Origin: Spirochaetia bacterium
Lineage (GTDB): Bacteria; Spirochaetota; Spirochaetia; UBA9216
Length of the DNA stretch: 64,000 nucleotides
Reading direction: 5' to 3'
Assembly: GCA_965140585.1 (NCBI GenBank)
Contig: OZ223269.1
Location: forward strand, 352,001-416,000
Part shown: piece after piece, positions 38,289 through 48,022 of the stretch
How positions within the stretch are numbered: position 1 is the first letter of the stretch
How the letters are laid out: the number at the start of each line of letters is the position of its first letter
Made by a program: the position numbers and the translations under genes
Notes under the pieces: model-generated
Database searches by the model: none
What the model saw: only the letters and a program-made list of their open reading frames with translations
What the model was told of the DNA's origin: nothing

Positions 38289-40301
38289 GTGTCAAATATA
38301 AAGAAAACTCAAGACTTTTATAATGAAGTTCTATATTGTATAGTCTTGTGTTCTGTTGTATATACTAATGAAAAAATAACTGATTTAGAAATAGTTGAAG
38401 CAAATTCAAAATTTGCAACATTAACAGGAATAATTCCGTCTATTGGTTTAAGAGCCAGTAACGTAATACCAACCCTATTTTTACATGAATCTGAATTAAT
38501 AAAGAAAATAGATCGTGTAATAAAATCCGGAAAGTCTGAAAAGTTTGAACAGTATATTGAATCATCTGATTTATGGGTTAGAATCAATCTTTTTAAGAAT
38601 AATGACCATTCTTTCTATGCTGCTCTTGAGAATATATCTGAATTAAAACAAATCGAGAATGATAATTATTTATTGGAGAGTAACCTCCGAAAGGCTCAAA
38701 TTTTCGCTAATATGGGGAGCTGGCAGTGGGATATTAAGCATGACAAAGTAAAGTGGTCAGAGGGGATGTTTGAAATCTTTGGTGTCGAAAAAGAGAACTG
38801 GGTAAGTGATATTCCAAGCATTATCAATAAATATATCTATAAAGATGACCGTGAAAAAGTAGTAAAAATCCTTTCAAATATAAAGAAGACGAAGAACACA
38901 GAAATTGTTGAATACCGAATCATACGACAATCTGATAAGGTTATTCGAACAGTCTTAACAGAAGGAAAGGAATTGATTCTTGATTCTGATAATCAACCTA
39001 AAATGCTCTCAGGTTATGTAATTGATATTACGGAGAAAAAAAATGCTGAATTTGAGAAAAATACTACAATACAATTTTTACAAATAATTAATAAATCAAC
39101 AGGCATAGAAGTTTTACTTAAGGATATTACACAGTTTATTCATTTGACTACTGGTTGTGAGGCTGTAGGCATCCGGTTAAAAAAAGGTGAGGATTATCCA
39201 TATTACGAAACTAGAGGTTTTGATAATGATTTTATAAAAGCTGAAAATACATTATGCAGATTAGATGAAAATGGAGATCTTATAAGAGATAAGGATTATA
39301 ACCCAGTTCTCGAATGTATGTGTGGAAATATACTTTGTCGAAGATTTGATTCAAAAAAAGATTTTTTTAGTGATTTTGGAAGTTTTTATTCTAATTCCAC
39401 TACAAAATTGTTGGCTACAACTACGGATGCAGATCGCCAGGCAAGAACAAGAAATAGATGTAATGGGGAGGGGTATGAGTCCGTTGCGCTCATCCCACTA
39501 CTTTCGGACAAGAAGGTACTTGGATTATTACAAATTAATGATCGTCATGAAAATATGTTCAATCCTGAACTCATACAAATGTGGGAACGATTGGCAGGGT
39601 ATCTATCTATTGCCATCAGAAAACTTCAAGTTGAAGAACAGTTATCACAGAAATTGAAAGATAGAGAGGTTTTATTATCCGAGATTCATCATAGGGTAAA
39701 GAATAATTTACAAATAATCATTTCACTTTTAGCTCTGCAGAAAGAAAACTCAAGTAATGACGAATTGCATGATCTTTTAAATATTAGTTGTTCAAGAATA
39801 TTTTCAATGTCTTTAGTGCATGACTGTCTTTATAATTCAAAAGATTTTGAACATATTTCGCTTACACAATATATCAATTCATTAGTCTCATATATTGATG
39901 GAGAAACTTTAGATCTGAATCAGAAAATTGACTATCATATCGACACTTGCGACGAACACTTATCGATTGAAATTATGGTTCCACTTGGTTTGATTATCAA
40001 TGAATTGATAGCAAATTCCATACAACATGCGTTTATTCAGATTAAAAAACCAGAAATAGTAATACAGATAAAAAGAATTTCAGATGATGGGTTAAAGTTT
40101 ATCTATCGCGATAATGGTTGTGGGATACCTAATAATGATAGATTGGAATTGAAAAAATCAATAGGATTGTCTCTTATACGGAATCTTACTGAGCAAATTG
40201 GTATTATAGAATCTTCAACTATGAGCATAGGCTATGAATATTCATTTAAAATTGCTGTTAATCAAATGTCACGTTCAAACTATAGAAGTGATAAATATTA
40301 G
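38289..40301 (+). CDS. Cytoplasmic PAS-PAS-GAF(Cys-rich)-HisKA_2 histidine kinase
   Basis: GSWQWD PAS_3; GAF with LECMCG..C and RNRCNGEGYESVALIP; EIHHRVKNNLQ, NELIANS..HAF, DNGCG. Confidence 0.9.
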   Translation: MSNIKKTQDFYNEVLYCIVLCSVVYTNEKITDLEIVEANSKFATLTGIIPSIGLRASNVIPTLFLHESELIKKIDRVIKSGKSEKFEQYIESSDLWVRINLFKNNDHSFYAALENISELKQIENDNYLLESNLRKAQIFANMGSWQWDIKHDKVKWSEGMFEIFGVEKENWVSDIPSIINKYIYKDDREKVVKILSNIKKTKNTEIVEYRIIRQSDKVIRTVLTEGKELILDSDNQPKMLSGYVIDITEKKNAEFEKNTTIQFLQIINKSTGIEVLLKDITQFIHLTTGCEAVGIRLKKGEDYPYYETRGFDNDFIKAENTLCRLDENGDLIRDKDYNPVLECMCGNILCRRFDSKKDFFSDFGSFYSNSTTKLLATTTDADRQARTRNRCNGEGYESVALIPLLSDKKVLGLLQINDRHENMFNPELIQMWERLAGYLSIAIRKLQVEEQLSQKLKDREVLLSEIHHRVKNNLQIIISLLALQKENSSNDELHDLLNISCSRIFSMSLVHDCLYNSKDFEHISLTQYINSLVSYIDGETLDLNQKIDYHIDTCDEHLSIEIMVPLGLIINELIANSIQHAFIQIKKPEIVIQIKRISDDGLKFIYRDNGCGIPNNDRLELKKSIGLSLIRNLTEQIGIIESSTMSIGYEYSFKIAVNQMSRSNYRSDKY

Positions 40302-40365
40302 ATTTACAGTTAAAGAATATTCTAATGAATCAATTTATTTTCTTGAAATTTTGCATAAAAAAAGC

Positions 40366-40474
40366 AATTATTTTTATGCTGTAAAATCTCCCTTATAGTT
40401 ACTTAAAGCCTTATCAATCGTTCTGAACATATAATAAAGACTATTGCAGTGACATTTCCTTATAGAGTTTGGCA
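40366..40474. repeat. ~108-bp direct repeat, copy B (degenerate 5' end of the phage-like ORF)
   Basis: Colinear with 38003-38111 with scattered substitutions; the GTG start is mutated to GTA. Confidence 0.9.
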
Positions 40475-40541
40475 CTTATTAACTATTTTAGTTTATTAGA
40501 AAATAGATTGATTAGATGATAGTTTTAATATAAATAGATAA

Positions 40542-40910
40542 CTATTTAACTAATAAACCTTCTATTGTTTTCAACAAATTAGAAAAGATTACGGGTTTAC
40601 TGAAATTTGCATATGATTGAACAGAGACAGCCCTTTCGATAAATTTTTCATTCATAAAGCCGGTAATGAAAATGACAGGAATTGTTTCATCGTTCATGTG
40701 TATTAGCCGGGTTGTTTCAATACCATCAATTGCCCCGGCTAGATTTACATCCATGAGAACAAGTGATGGTTTATAATCTTTGATAAATTCTACAACTTCT
40801 TCTCCTTTTGCAAAAACCTTAATGACATTATACCCAGCTCGAAGTAATCGTAACCTTAAATCGAAGGCGATTAAACCTTCATCTTCAACTATGATAATTG
40901 CTTCATTCAT
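40542..40910 (-). CDS. Single-domain response regulator
   Basis: IVEDE..IA.DL, LMDVNL..IDGIE, IFITG, KP. Confidence 0.9.
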   Translation of the reverse strand: MNEAIIIVEDEGLIAFDLRLRLLRAGYNVIKVFAKGEEVVEFIKDYKPSLVLMDVNLAGAIDGIETTRLIHMNDETIPVIFITGFMNEKFIERAVSVQSYANFSKPVIFSNLLKTIEGLLVK

Positions 40911-40928
40911 TTTTACGTCCCATTAAAA

Positions 40929-41924
40929 TCATTTTCCAAATCTTATTGCACATTTAAATCCTTCTTTGCTCTCAATAACCACGTTACCCTGCAATTGATA
41001 TTTTACGAGCAGGTCAATGGAATTTAATCCAAATGACTTATTTGCAGAGCTACTGAGATCGGCAGGTATACCAATACCATTATCTGAATAAATTATATCA
41101 ATATTATTCATTTCAGGATTATAATCCAAATATACAGAAATTTTACCTCCTGTATTATCCGGAAATGCATATTTTAAAGTATTTATAAACAATTCATTTA
41201 GAATCAATCCACATGGTATAGCTTTTGTAATTGATAAATAGACATCTGATAGCTGATAATCGATTTCAATGTTATTTTGCTCGATTGAAAAACTGGAGAG
41301 CAAATTGGAAAACATGTTTACAATATAATCTTTCAAGTTAATTTCTGACAAATTATTCGATTCATACAACATTTGATGCACCATTGACATTGCATGAAGT
41401 CGATTTTCAATTTTATTAACAAAATTATCTACTTCCTCTGAATCAATGTAAGAAGCCTGAATGGAGATTAATGAGGAAATTAAAGTCATATTGTTTTTTG
41501 TACGATGATACAGTTCTCGAATCAATAATTCTCTTTCTTCTAAGGAGTCTTTTGTTGATTTAAGTAAATTATATTCTGTAGTTACATCCATACCATACAA
41601 ATTTGCATAAAATGATTTTTTTACAGGTGCTATAGCGAAAGTGTAGAATCTGTTGTTAGAATTTAGATTGATCTTCATCAAGCTATTGTTTTTGATTGAC
41701 TCAATGACGGGTTTAGTAATTAATTCAGAAACTACAAAACCTACCTTTAGATTTAGATCTTGGAGTAAATTTAAGCTAGCATTATTCGCATACAATAAAA
41801 TTCCATTTAAGTTCACCCTCAGTACCGGATAGGGATTTTCAGAGGGAAACCGACTTAACTCAAGAATCTTTTTATTCATTTTAAGGTTTTGCTTTCTGCT
41901 TCTAATAGAACGTTTTTGTTTCAT
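40929..41924 (-). CDS. PAS-HisKA_2 histidine kinase
   Basis: RFPSENPYPVLR PAS start; ELYHRTKNN, NELFINTLKYAF, DNGIG. Confidence 0.88.
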   Translation of the reverse strand: MKQKRSIRSRKQNLKMNKKILELSRFPSENPYPVLRVNLNGILLYANNASLNLLQDLNLKVGFVVSELITKPVIESIKNNSLMKINLNSNNRFYTFAIAPVKKSFYANLYGMDVTTEYNLLKSTKDSLEERELLIRELYHRTKNNMTLISSLISIQASYIDSEEVDNFVNKIENRLHAMSMVHQMLYESNNLSEINLKDYIVNMFSNLLSSFSIEQNNIEIDYQLSDVYLSITKAIPCGLILNELFINTLKYAFPDNTGGKISVYLDYNPEMNNIDIIYSDNGIGIPADLSSSANKSFGLNSIDLLVKYQLQGNVVIESKEGFKCAIRFGK

Positions 41925-42143
41925 ATTAATAGAATAATAAATAGGATATCATAATTCTACTATTCCTTGATTTTCTGCATATATTTTTATGGATTTCTAA
42001 ACGGTTATCTTCAATGAGGTTATTTGTATGAGAACAGGAAATGATCACTCTTACCAAAAAACAGAAGATCTTGGGTAGTAATATTCACAATATGCTCATC
42101 TTCTTATAAAATACAACCAAAAGATGTATATTAAGGAATTCCC

Positions 42144-42539
42144 ATGATAAAAAGAGCTGTATTGATATTTCTTATGATTTTTTGTGTAGAAAGCCTTTTT
42201 TCTGCAGATCTCTTCATGTACAAGTACAATAATGAAGTAATATACGCTGCAGCCATTCAAAAAATAAACAATATAGAGGGTGAATATATTGTTGGGTTGC
42301 TTGAGATCAATACCTCCGGAGATGAATGGTGGACCATATCAACTCATTCATATATAGATAAGGATTTTAACATCATTTCGAAAATAGATTTAAATTTCCC
42401 AACATTGAGGTTTAACGGTCCCTATCTTGATGCCCAGATAAACAGCCGAAATAATACGATTTTACATATGGAGAAAGTTGAAACCATATTATACAAAGGC
42501 TGCGACATTAAACTTCCTGATATATTCAACCAACAATAA
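42144..42539 (+). CDS. Exported hypothetical protein
   Basis: Signal peptide ending SLFSA; AAGGA RBS. Confidence 0.6.
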   Translation: MIKRAVLIFLMIFCVESLFSADLFMYKYNNEVIYAAAIQKINNIEGEYIVGLLEINTSGDEWWTISTHSYIDKDFNIISKIDLNFPTLRFNGPYLDAQINSRNNTILHMEKVETILYKGCDIKLPDIFNQQ

Positions 42540-42549
42540 GGATTTTATA

Positions 42550-43113
42550 TTGAAACAGGCATTTTCTCAAATCAATTCATTTCAGTCCAACATTACTGAT
42601 TATAAATATTGTCCATGTTGTGGTAAAGAGCTCATATCGGATACGAATAATAGCTGTCCATCATGCAAGTTTATTCAGTACAAGAATCCTCTTCCTGGAG
42701 TTTCTGTCTTAATAGAAAATTCCAACAATGAAATATTGGTGGGAAGAAGGAGAGGTGATCATGATCTTTGGTGTATGCCGTGCGGATTTATTGAAACAAA
42801 TGAGAATTTTCTACAAGCCGGGCATCGAGAAGTCTTTGAAGAAACAGGATTAAAGATAGAAATCAAATCAATAATAAATGTTACAACAAATATTATAAGA
42901 GCCGATCTCGAAACTCTGGTTGTCGTTCTTTATGCCTCTGTTGTATCAGGGAACATGGAGGCTGGTGATGATATTACTAAATTAGTATGGGTTAACTCCC
43001 AAAAAATCCCTCGATTAGCATTTAATTCTGATAAGTATATTATTGGTGAATATTTTAAAGGAAAGTTGGAGTTTTTAAGCGTTGATGAAGCTTTTAGACG
43101 TCAAATCCAGTGA
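42550..43113 (+). CDS. Zn-ribbon NUDIX hydrolase
   Basis: YCPCCG...CPSC...Y.NP; Nudix box G......E.....G.REVFEETG; probable TTG start at 42550. Confidence 0.88.
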   Translation: MKQAFSQINSFQSNITDYKYCPCCGKELISDTNNSCPSCKFIQYKNPLPGVSVLIENSNNEILVGRRRGDHDLWCMPCGFIETNENFLQAGHREVFEETGLKIEIKSIINVTTNIIRADLETLVVVLYASVVSGNMEAGDDITKLVWVNSQKIPRLAFNSDKYIIGEYFKGKLEFLSVDEAFRRQIQ

Positions 43114-43548
43114 TTATTTAATATTCTTCTGTTTATTAGTTGTTTTTTGTGTTTCAACAACAGGCTCACTATTTTTTTCACTTAAAGCAGAAAGTATCGA
43201 GTAGGCAAATTGCTTATTACCAATCGGTTTTGTTAAAATCATATTTGGTTGAATATCTGATAGCCTCTCTGAAAGACTATCATTATGAGCATCGACGATA
43301 AAAATGACCTTTATGGAGTCATCAATCTCAAGCATCTTTTTCACTGTTTCAGTTGCCAGGTTTTCATCATTTTTTTCTACATCAACTATGATTAAATCAG
43401 GTCTATTCAATTTAAATTCTCTTTTTGCCTGGTTATAATCTGAATAAATTTTATCAACTTTTAAGCCCAGAGCATGTATCCTGATTTTCATATCAATGGC
43501 TAGCGGAAAGTCTCTTTCAATTACCATTATCTTGTCTATACTTCTCAA
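43114..43548 (-). CDS. Atypical receiver-domain protein
   Basis: Receiver fold with VIERD acidic pocket, PDLIIVD, IFIV (no Thr/Ser), LTKP. Confidence 0.7.
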   Translation of the reverse strand: MRSIDKIMVIERDFPLAIDMKIRIHALGLKVDKIYSDYNQAKREFKLNRPDLIIVDVEKNDENLATETVKKMLEIDDSIKVIFIVDAHNDSLSERLSDIQPNMILTKPIGNKQFAYSILSALSEKNSEPVVETQKTTNKQKNIK

Positions 43549-43729
43549 GGGTTGCTCCTTTTGAAATTAAATATTAAAGAAATAAGTGGAAGGCAAAGAA
43601 GAAATGCAGTAATTAAATTTTAATATTTCATTACCTGAAAGTCAAATTGGTATATCATGATATAACTCTTCTTAATGTCCGAATTGAAATTTTATACTTT
43701 TGAGATAATTTCTTTAATGTAATCGTTTG

Positions 43730-44535
43730 TTTGGCTCCAGGCGTTGAGCCGGATAGTTTCAAGTGCCGGAGGCGCAAGGTCGAGAAATTTTCGATGGAAC
43801 AGTTAATCATGGTCCTGATTACACATACTGGCTTTTAAAGTTCGATTCAGATAATAACAGCGATAAGGATAATATTGATCCTGTATGAATGCCTGTACTT
43901 GAATATATTTACAGTTTGCTTGCAAAAATGCAGGAATAGAGATGCCGGAAACAGATTTGGTTTCGGCCGGCAGCACGCGTCATTTTCTTATTGAGCCTTT
44001 CGACAGGATTGTAAGAAACAAGAGGCTTGATAAACTTCATTATGTGTCATGGGCAGGCCTGGCTCATGCGGATCGTGATGCAATTAATTCATATGAGCAG
44101 TTAATTCTTCTTTTACGGAAGATGAAGATTGGGCAGGAGGCTGAAACGCAGCTCTTCCGGAGGGCTGTATTTAATATAATTGGAAGAAATCATGATGAGC
44201 ATACAAAAAATACTGATTTCCCAATGGATAGGAGGGGGACGTGGAAACTTTCGCCAGCATTTGATATAACTTATTCATATGATCCGTTCGATCGATTCAC
44301 AATAAATCATCAATGCCGGCTGAACAGCAAAGATAATGATTTTGAGTATGATGATTTGATAAAATTCGGACGTTACTGTAATTTGAGTGAAAACAGAGCA
44401 GGGAAGATAATTAAACAGATTGGTAATGTCTTTTCCGAATTCCCGGGGCTTGCTTCAGATTATGATTTATCAGAACCATTAAAGCTGACTGTTGAGAAAA
44501 ATCTCCGGCTCAGGTTGCTGTTAAAAAAAGTATAA
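43730..44535 (+). pseudogene. hipA: HipA-family kinase toxin pseudogene
   Basis: SAGGAR (43762-43779), YWLLKFD, in-frame TGA at 43886, EYIYSLLA then frameshift near 43925, FDR, FNIIGRNHDEHTKN, LSPAFD; N-terminus missing. Confidence 0.82.
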
Positions 44536-44560
44536 ATAAATTTAACATAAGGAACTATCA

Positions 44561-45412
44561 ATGCCATATAAAATAATTACTCATGACGGAAAAGCTCATA
44601 TGGATGAGCTTCTTGCTTCGGCCCTGCTTGCTCTTCATCTTGATGAGGAGCCGGAAGAAGTTCAGAGAATTGATTCACAGGAAGCGGCGAATCTGGTAAG
44701 TGTAGGAGCATATGACGAAAACACATATTTCATTGACTGTGGAATGGTTTTCGACAGTGCAAGGAAAATGTACGACCATCATCAGGACCGGGACTGCAGC
44801 AGCGCCGGGCTTCTGGTCTTCGATGAATTTTTTCCTCATCTCAAAGATACAGATTTACACAAGTATATGGAACTCGTATCAAAAGTAGATACAAGGGGAG
44901 CTATGAGTCTCGATGATTTTGAGCATATAAGCGAGAGCCGCGACTATCTCACCTTCAGTCAGGGGATACTTCTCCGAAGTTTTTCTGATGATCCCATGCC
45001 AGTACTTCGAATATTTATAGAAGGTCTGCGTGATAAAATTGAATTCGAACAGCTGAAAGCTGAGGCTGTAATGTGGCTTGAAGAAGACGGAAATATAGAA
45101 AGTGAAAGTATTGAGGGATTGAATATAATGCGCTACCTTATACAGCCGCCTTCCAAACTTGTTTCACCTCTACGCTCGGCTATTGGACGTTGGGTCGATG
45201 AACATGAAGTTTCGGCAATTCTCTCTTTTGATGATAAAATACCCGGTGTAATGACTTTATATCGAACTGATTTCGGTCATAATCTGATCGATCTGTCTAA
45301 ATCTGAACCAGCACAACAGATCTTCAACCATTACGGTGGATTCCTCATGAAATTTAAACCCGCTGATGAGAATGAGTGGAAAGCATTGATTAGAGCAGCT
45401 ATTAAAATGTAG
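44561..45412 (+). CDS. MYG1-family (DHH-like) exonuclease/hydrolase
   Basis: IITHDGKAHMDE..A.ALL, IDCG..FD....YDHHQ, SSAGL. Confidence 0.75.
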   Translation: MPYKIITHDGKAHMDELLASALLALHLDEEPEEVQRIDSQEAANLVSVGAYDENTYFIDCGMVFDSARKMYDHHQDRDCSSAGLLVFDEFFPHLKDTDLHKYMELVSKVDTRGAMSLDDFEHISESRDYLTFSQGILLRSFSDDPMPVLRIFIEGLRDKIEFEQLKAEAVMWLEEDGNIESESIEGLNIMRYLIQPPSKLVSPLRSAIGRWVDEHEVSAILSFDDKIPGVMTLYRTDFGHNLIDLSKSEPAQQIFNHYGGFLMKFKPADENEWKALIRAAIKM

Positions 45413-45465
45413 ATGTTAATTCTTAGCAAATTCTGTTTTAAGGTGTATACTAAAATCTACAGTCA

Positions 45466-46770
45466 TTGAGAAAAACCATTTTCAATCTGGATCTTAGAAC
45501 AATATTTTTAACCAATTCAGGTCTGCTGTTTTTTATAGAAGTTTTTTTATTTGTGCTCTGGATCGAACATCGAAAAAAACGGAAAGGTATAGATCTGATA
45601 TTAGCCGCAATTTTATCGCTGACTCTCGGAACTCTTGGCATGGGAATCCAGAGTCTGCTTCATCCTGTATTTACTGTTGTTTTAAGTAATACCCTTATTG
45701 TTCTGGCATACATAATTCCTGCAGCTGCTTTGCGGCTTTTCTATCGTCAGAAAGTCTCAATGGCTGTCAGAATAACCGTGATGGCATTTATAGTTATTAC
45801 TTTTGCAGAACAGTACTGGTTCGGTATTGTAAGACCCGTTCTTATCATCCGTATCATCACAGTCTCGGGTTTGATTGCTGCAGGTGCCATTTTAACAGCA
45901 TTGTTTCTTATCAGGAATTCGCACTATTCTGCGCCGTCAGAAAAAGCGCTTATATTGAGTTTTCTGATATGTGCATTTACCCTCATATTCAGGATCCCGG
46001 TGTCAGCTTCTCTTCAAGTAACCGGTTCGTTTATGAAGTACTCGGGTGCTATATCCTTTTCCATGCTGCTCACCGGTCTCACAAGCATCGGCTGGGCTAC
46101 CGGTTGTATGCTCCTTGTTGCTGCTCAGGCGGCCCGAGACCGGGACCTTTTATTACGGGAATTGTCTCACCGGACAAAAAATAATTTTTCTGTGATAATT
46201 TCAATGATAGAACTGCAGAAAATTTATTTCCATGATAAAGCTGCTGCTTCTGTTCTTAATGATATCCGCGACAGAATAAACTCAATGGCATCTGCACAGA
46301 GTCAGCTTTACTGCAGTGATTGTGTATTGAAGGTTAACCTTCATGTTTATCTGAACAATCTGGTTGAAACACTATGTACTTCCCACCTTGCAGAATCGGA
46401 TAATATCGATATTTATCTAAATACTTTTTCAGCTGCTCTGCCTAATGATCTTGTTGTTTCAATAGGATTGCTGGTCACCGAACTGACGACAAACTCACTG
46501 AAACATGCCTTCCCTGATCGGTGGGGCCGCATTGATATTGAAATCTCTTCCAACGGTGAATTTTTAATACTCAAAGTGTCTGATGACGGTATAGGTCAGA
46601 ATACTGTAAAAGTAAATGAGCGCAGCAAAAGTATGGGAATGGGAATTATTAAAGAGCTGGTTGGACAGCTTGGAGGCACATGGACTGTTGATTCATATGG
46701 AAAGTCCTCCAGCTGCGAAGGAACAACTACGACGATAGTTTTACCTTATGATTTTTCTCAGCATTCATAG
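45466..46770 (+). CDS. Polytopic membrane HisKA_2 histidine kinase
   Basis: About 7 TMs; ELSHRTKNN, ELTTNSLKHAF, DDGIG. Confidence 0.88.
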   Translation: MRKTIFNLDLRTIFLTNSGLLFFIEVFLFVLWIEHRKKRKGIDLILAAILSLTLGTLGMGIQSLLHPVFTVVLSNTLIVLAYIIPAAALRLFYRQKVSMAVRITVMAFIVITFAEQYWFGIVRPVLIIRIITVSGLIAAGAILTALFLIRNSHYSAPSEKALILSFLICAFTLIFRIPVSASLQVTGSFMKYSGAISFSMLLTGLTSIGWATGCMLLVAAQAARDRDLLLRELSHRTKNNFSVIISMIELQKIYFHDKAAASVLNDIRDRINSMASAQSQLYCSDCVLKVNLHVYLNNLVETLCTSHLAESDNIDIYLNTFSAALPNDLVVSIGLLVTELTTNSLKHAFPDRWGRIDIEISSNGEFLILKVSDDGIGQNTVKVNERSKSMGMGIIKELVGQLGGTWTVDSYGKSSSCEGTTTTIVLPYDFSQHS

Positions 46771-46779
46771 ATATAAAAT

Positions 46780-47454
46780 TTAATCTGACTCAAGCTCTGT
46801 TTCCAATTTAGATATATCAGCAATATTTACCATTCCGTTTGAATAAACGAAGTATCCTTTTTTTTTCATATCATGAAATGCTGCGGAAAGAGAAGGCCGC
46901 TCTACGCCCATATAAGCGGCTAGGGCAGACATTGTCATGTCAAGTCTGAATGTGCCGCCTTGAATACTGTAAAGTTCCAAAAGGTAATGGGCAATCTTCT
47001 TTTTTATAGTATGCAGGCTCAGGATTTCAAGTCTGCTTGAAAGATAATTGAAACGGTTGGCACATATTCTTAAAAAATTATCCAGAAGCAAGGGATATCT
47101 TTTCATAAGTTCCATAAAATTCTTCCGGCTCAGTTTTAATATCTGACTTCTTTCAAAGGCCTTGATATTCATCAGCGTCTTTCTATCACTGAATATCATT
47201 GCAGGTCCTAAAAGCTCAGGACTTTTTCTCCGGTTAAGAGTCAGCCTTCTGCCGCTTTCAGTAATTACGATGCCCTCGACACCGCCTGAAATGAGTATCA
47301 TCAATGATTCCAGATTTTCATGCGGATAGTGAATAGATTCTCCCCCATTATAGATTTTTGAATGCCAGCCGTGATGGGACAATATCGTATGTATATCGCT
47401 TTTCCTGATATTTTTGAATAATTCCATATTTTCTAGCTGTTTGATTCTATCCAT
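46780..47454 (-). CDS. Crp/Fnr-family regulator (HcpR-like)
   Basis: cNMP-binding-like domain; C-terminal HTH LAAYMGVERPSLS. Confidence 0.88.
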   Translation of the reverse strand: MDRIKQLENMELFKNIRKSDIHTILSHHGWHSKIYNGGESIHYPHENLESLMILISGGVEGIVITESGRRLTLNRRKSPELLGPAMIFSDRKTLMNIKAFERSQILKLSRKNFMELMKRYPLLLDNFLRICANRFNYLSSRLEILSLHTIKKKIAHYLLELYSIQGGTFRLDMTMSALAAYMGVERPSLSAAFHDMKKKGYFVYSNGMVNIADISKLETELESD

Positions 47455-47482
47455 GCATATATTTTAACATAAAAATTGTAAT

Positions 47483-47527
47483 AGTGTAAGAAATCTTACA
47501 CTTATATGAAGTTCTCAACTATATATT
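47483..47527 (+). promoter_or_regulatory. Crp/Fnr (HcpR-like) operator plus -10 box; class II promoter of the permease pair
   Basis: Perfect palindrome AGTGTAAGA-aa-TCTTACACT (47483-47502); TATATT at 47522-47527. Confidence 0.75.
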
Positions 47528-47545
47528 TACTTCAGGAGGAATGTA

Positions 47546-48022
47546 ATGACCCTATACATCTTAATAGGTATAACACTGATCGGATTGATAGTTTCAATTC
47601 TGAGATCCAGACCCAGAACATTAAAATCAATGAAAATGTCGCTGAAAATGGGTAAGGGGATGGGGCTTGAGCTGCTTTCTCTACTTGCCTTAATTGCTTT
47701 GATCCTGGCTTATCTTCCCGAAAAGCAGATCGCAAAATATCTGGGTGACAGCAGTGGTTTGCTGGCTTCTGTTTATGGAGCAGTTATCGGGTCTGTAACT
47801 ATACTTCCGGGAGTAATTGCTTTTCCGCTGGCGAAGCAGCTTGTTGTGTCAGGAGCTTCGCTTGCAGCTATAGCTGCATTCATAACTACTCTTACAATGG
47901 TAGGGCTTGCAACATCACCGCTTGAAAAACGATATTTCGGTCTGAGGTATACAGTACTTAGAAACAGCATCAGTTTTATTTTTGCAATTTCCATAGCTCT
48001 CATTATGGGGGTAATCCTGTGA
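47546..48022 (+). CDS. Predicted permease (DUF318/ArsP-like), subunit 1
   Basis: Hydrophobic; GSVTILPG.IAFPLA, TTLTMVG....P.EK.YFG.....RN. Confidence 0.8.
   Translation: MTLYILIGITLIGLIVSILRSRPRTLKSMKMSLKMGKGMGLELLSLLALIALILAYLPEKQIAKYLGDSSGLLASVYGAVIGSVTILPGVIAFPLAKQLVVSGASLAAIAAFITTLTMVGLATSPLEKRYFGLRYTVLRNSISFIFAISIALIMGVIL

Larger units (their letters stand above)
26040..44540. mobile_element. Degenerate genomic island: signal-transduction cargo interleaved with prophage relics
   Basis: Visibly AT-rich ~27.7-43.7 kb; tRNA 3' fragment, HNH, long direct repeats, paralogous cassettes, pseudogenes. No integrase seen; boundaries approximate. Confidence 0.7.

Noticed and set aside
26040-44540. 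Integron-like cassette array or CRISPR array
   Set aside because: The repeats occur only as two unrelated pairs; no attC-like structures, integron integrase, regular repeat-spacer units or cas genes were seen
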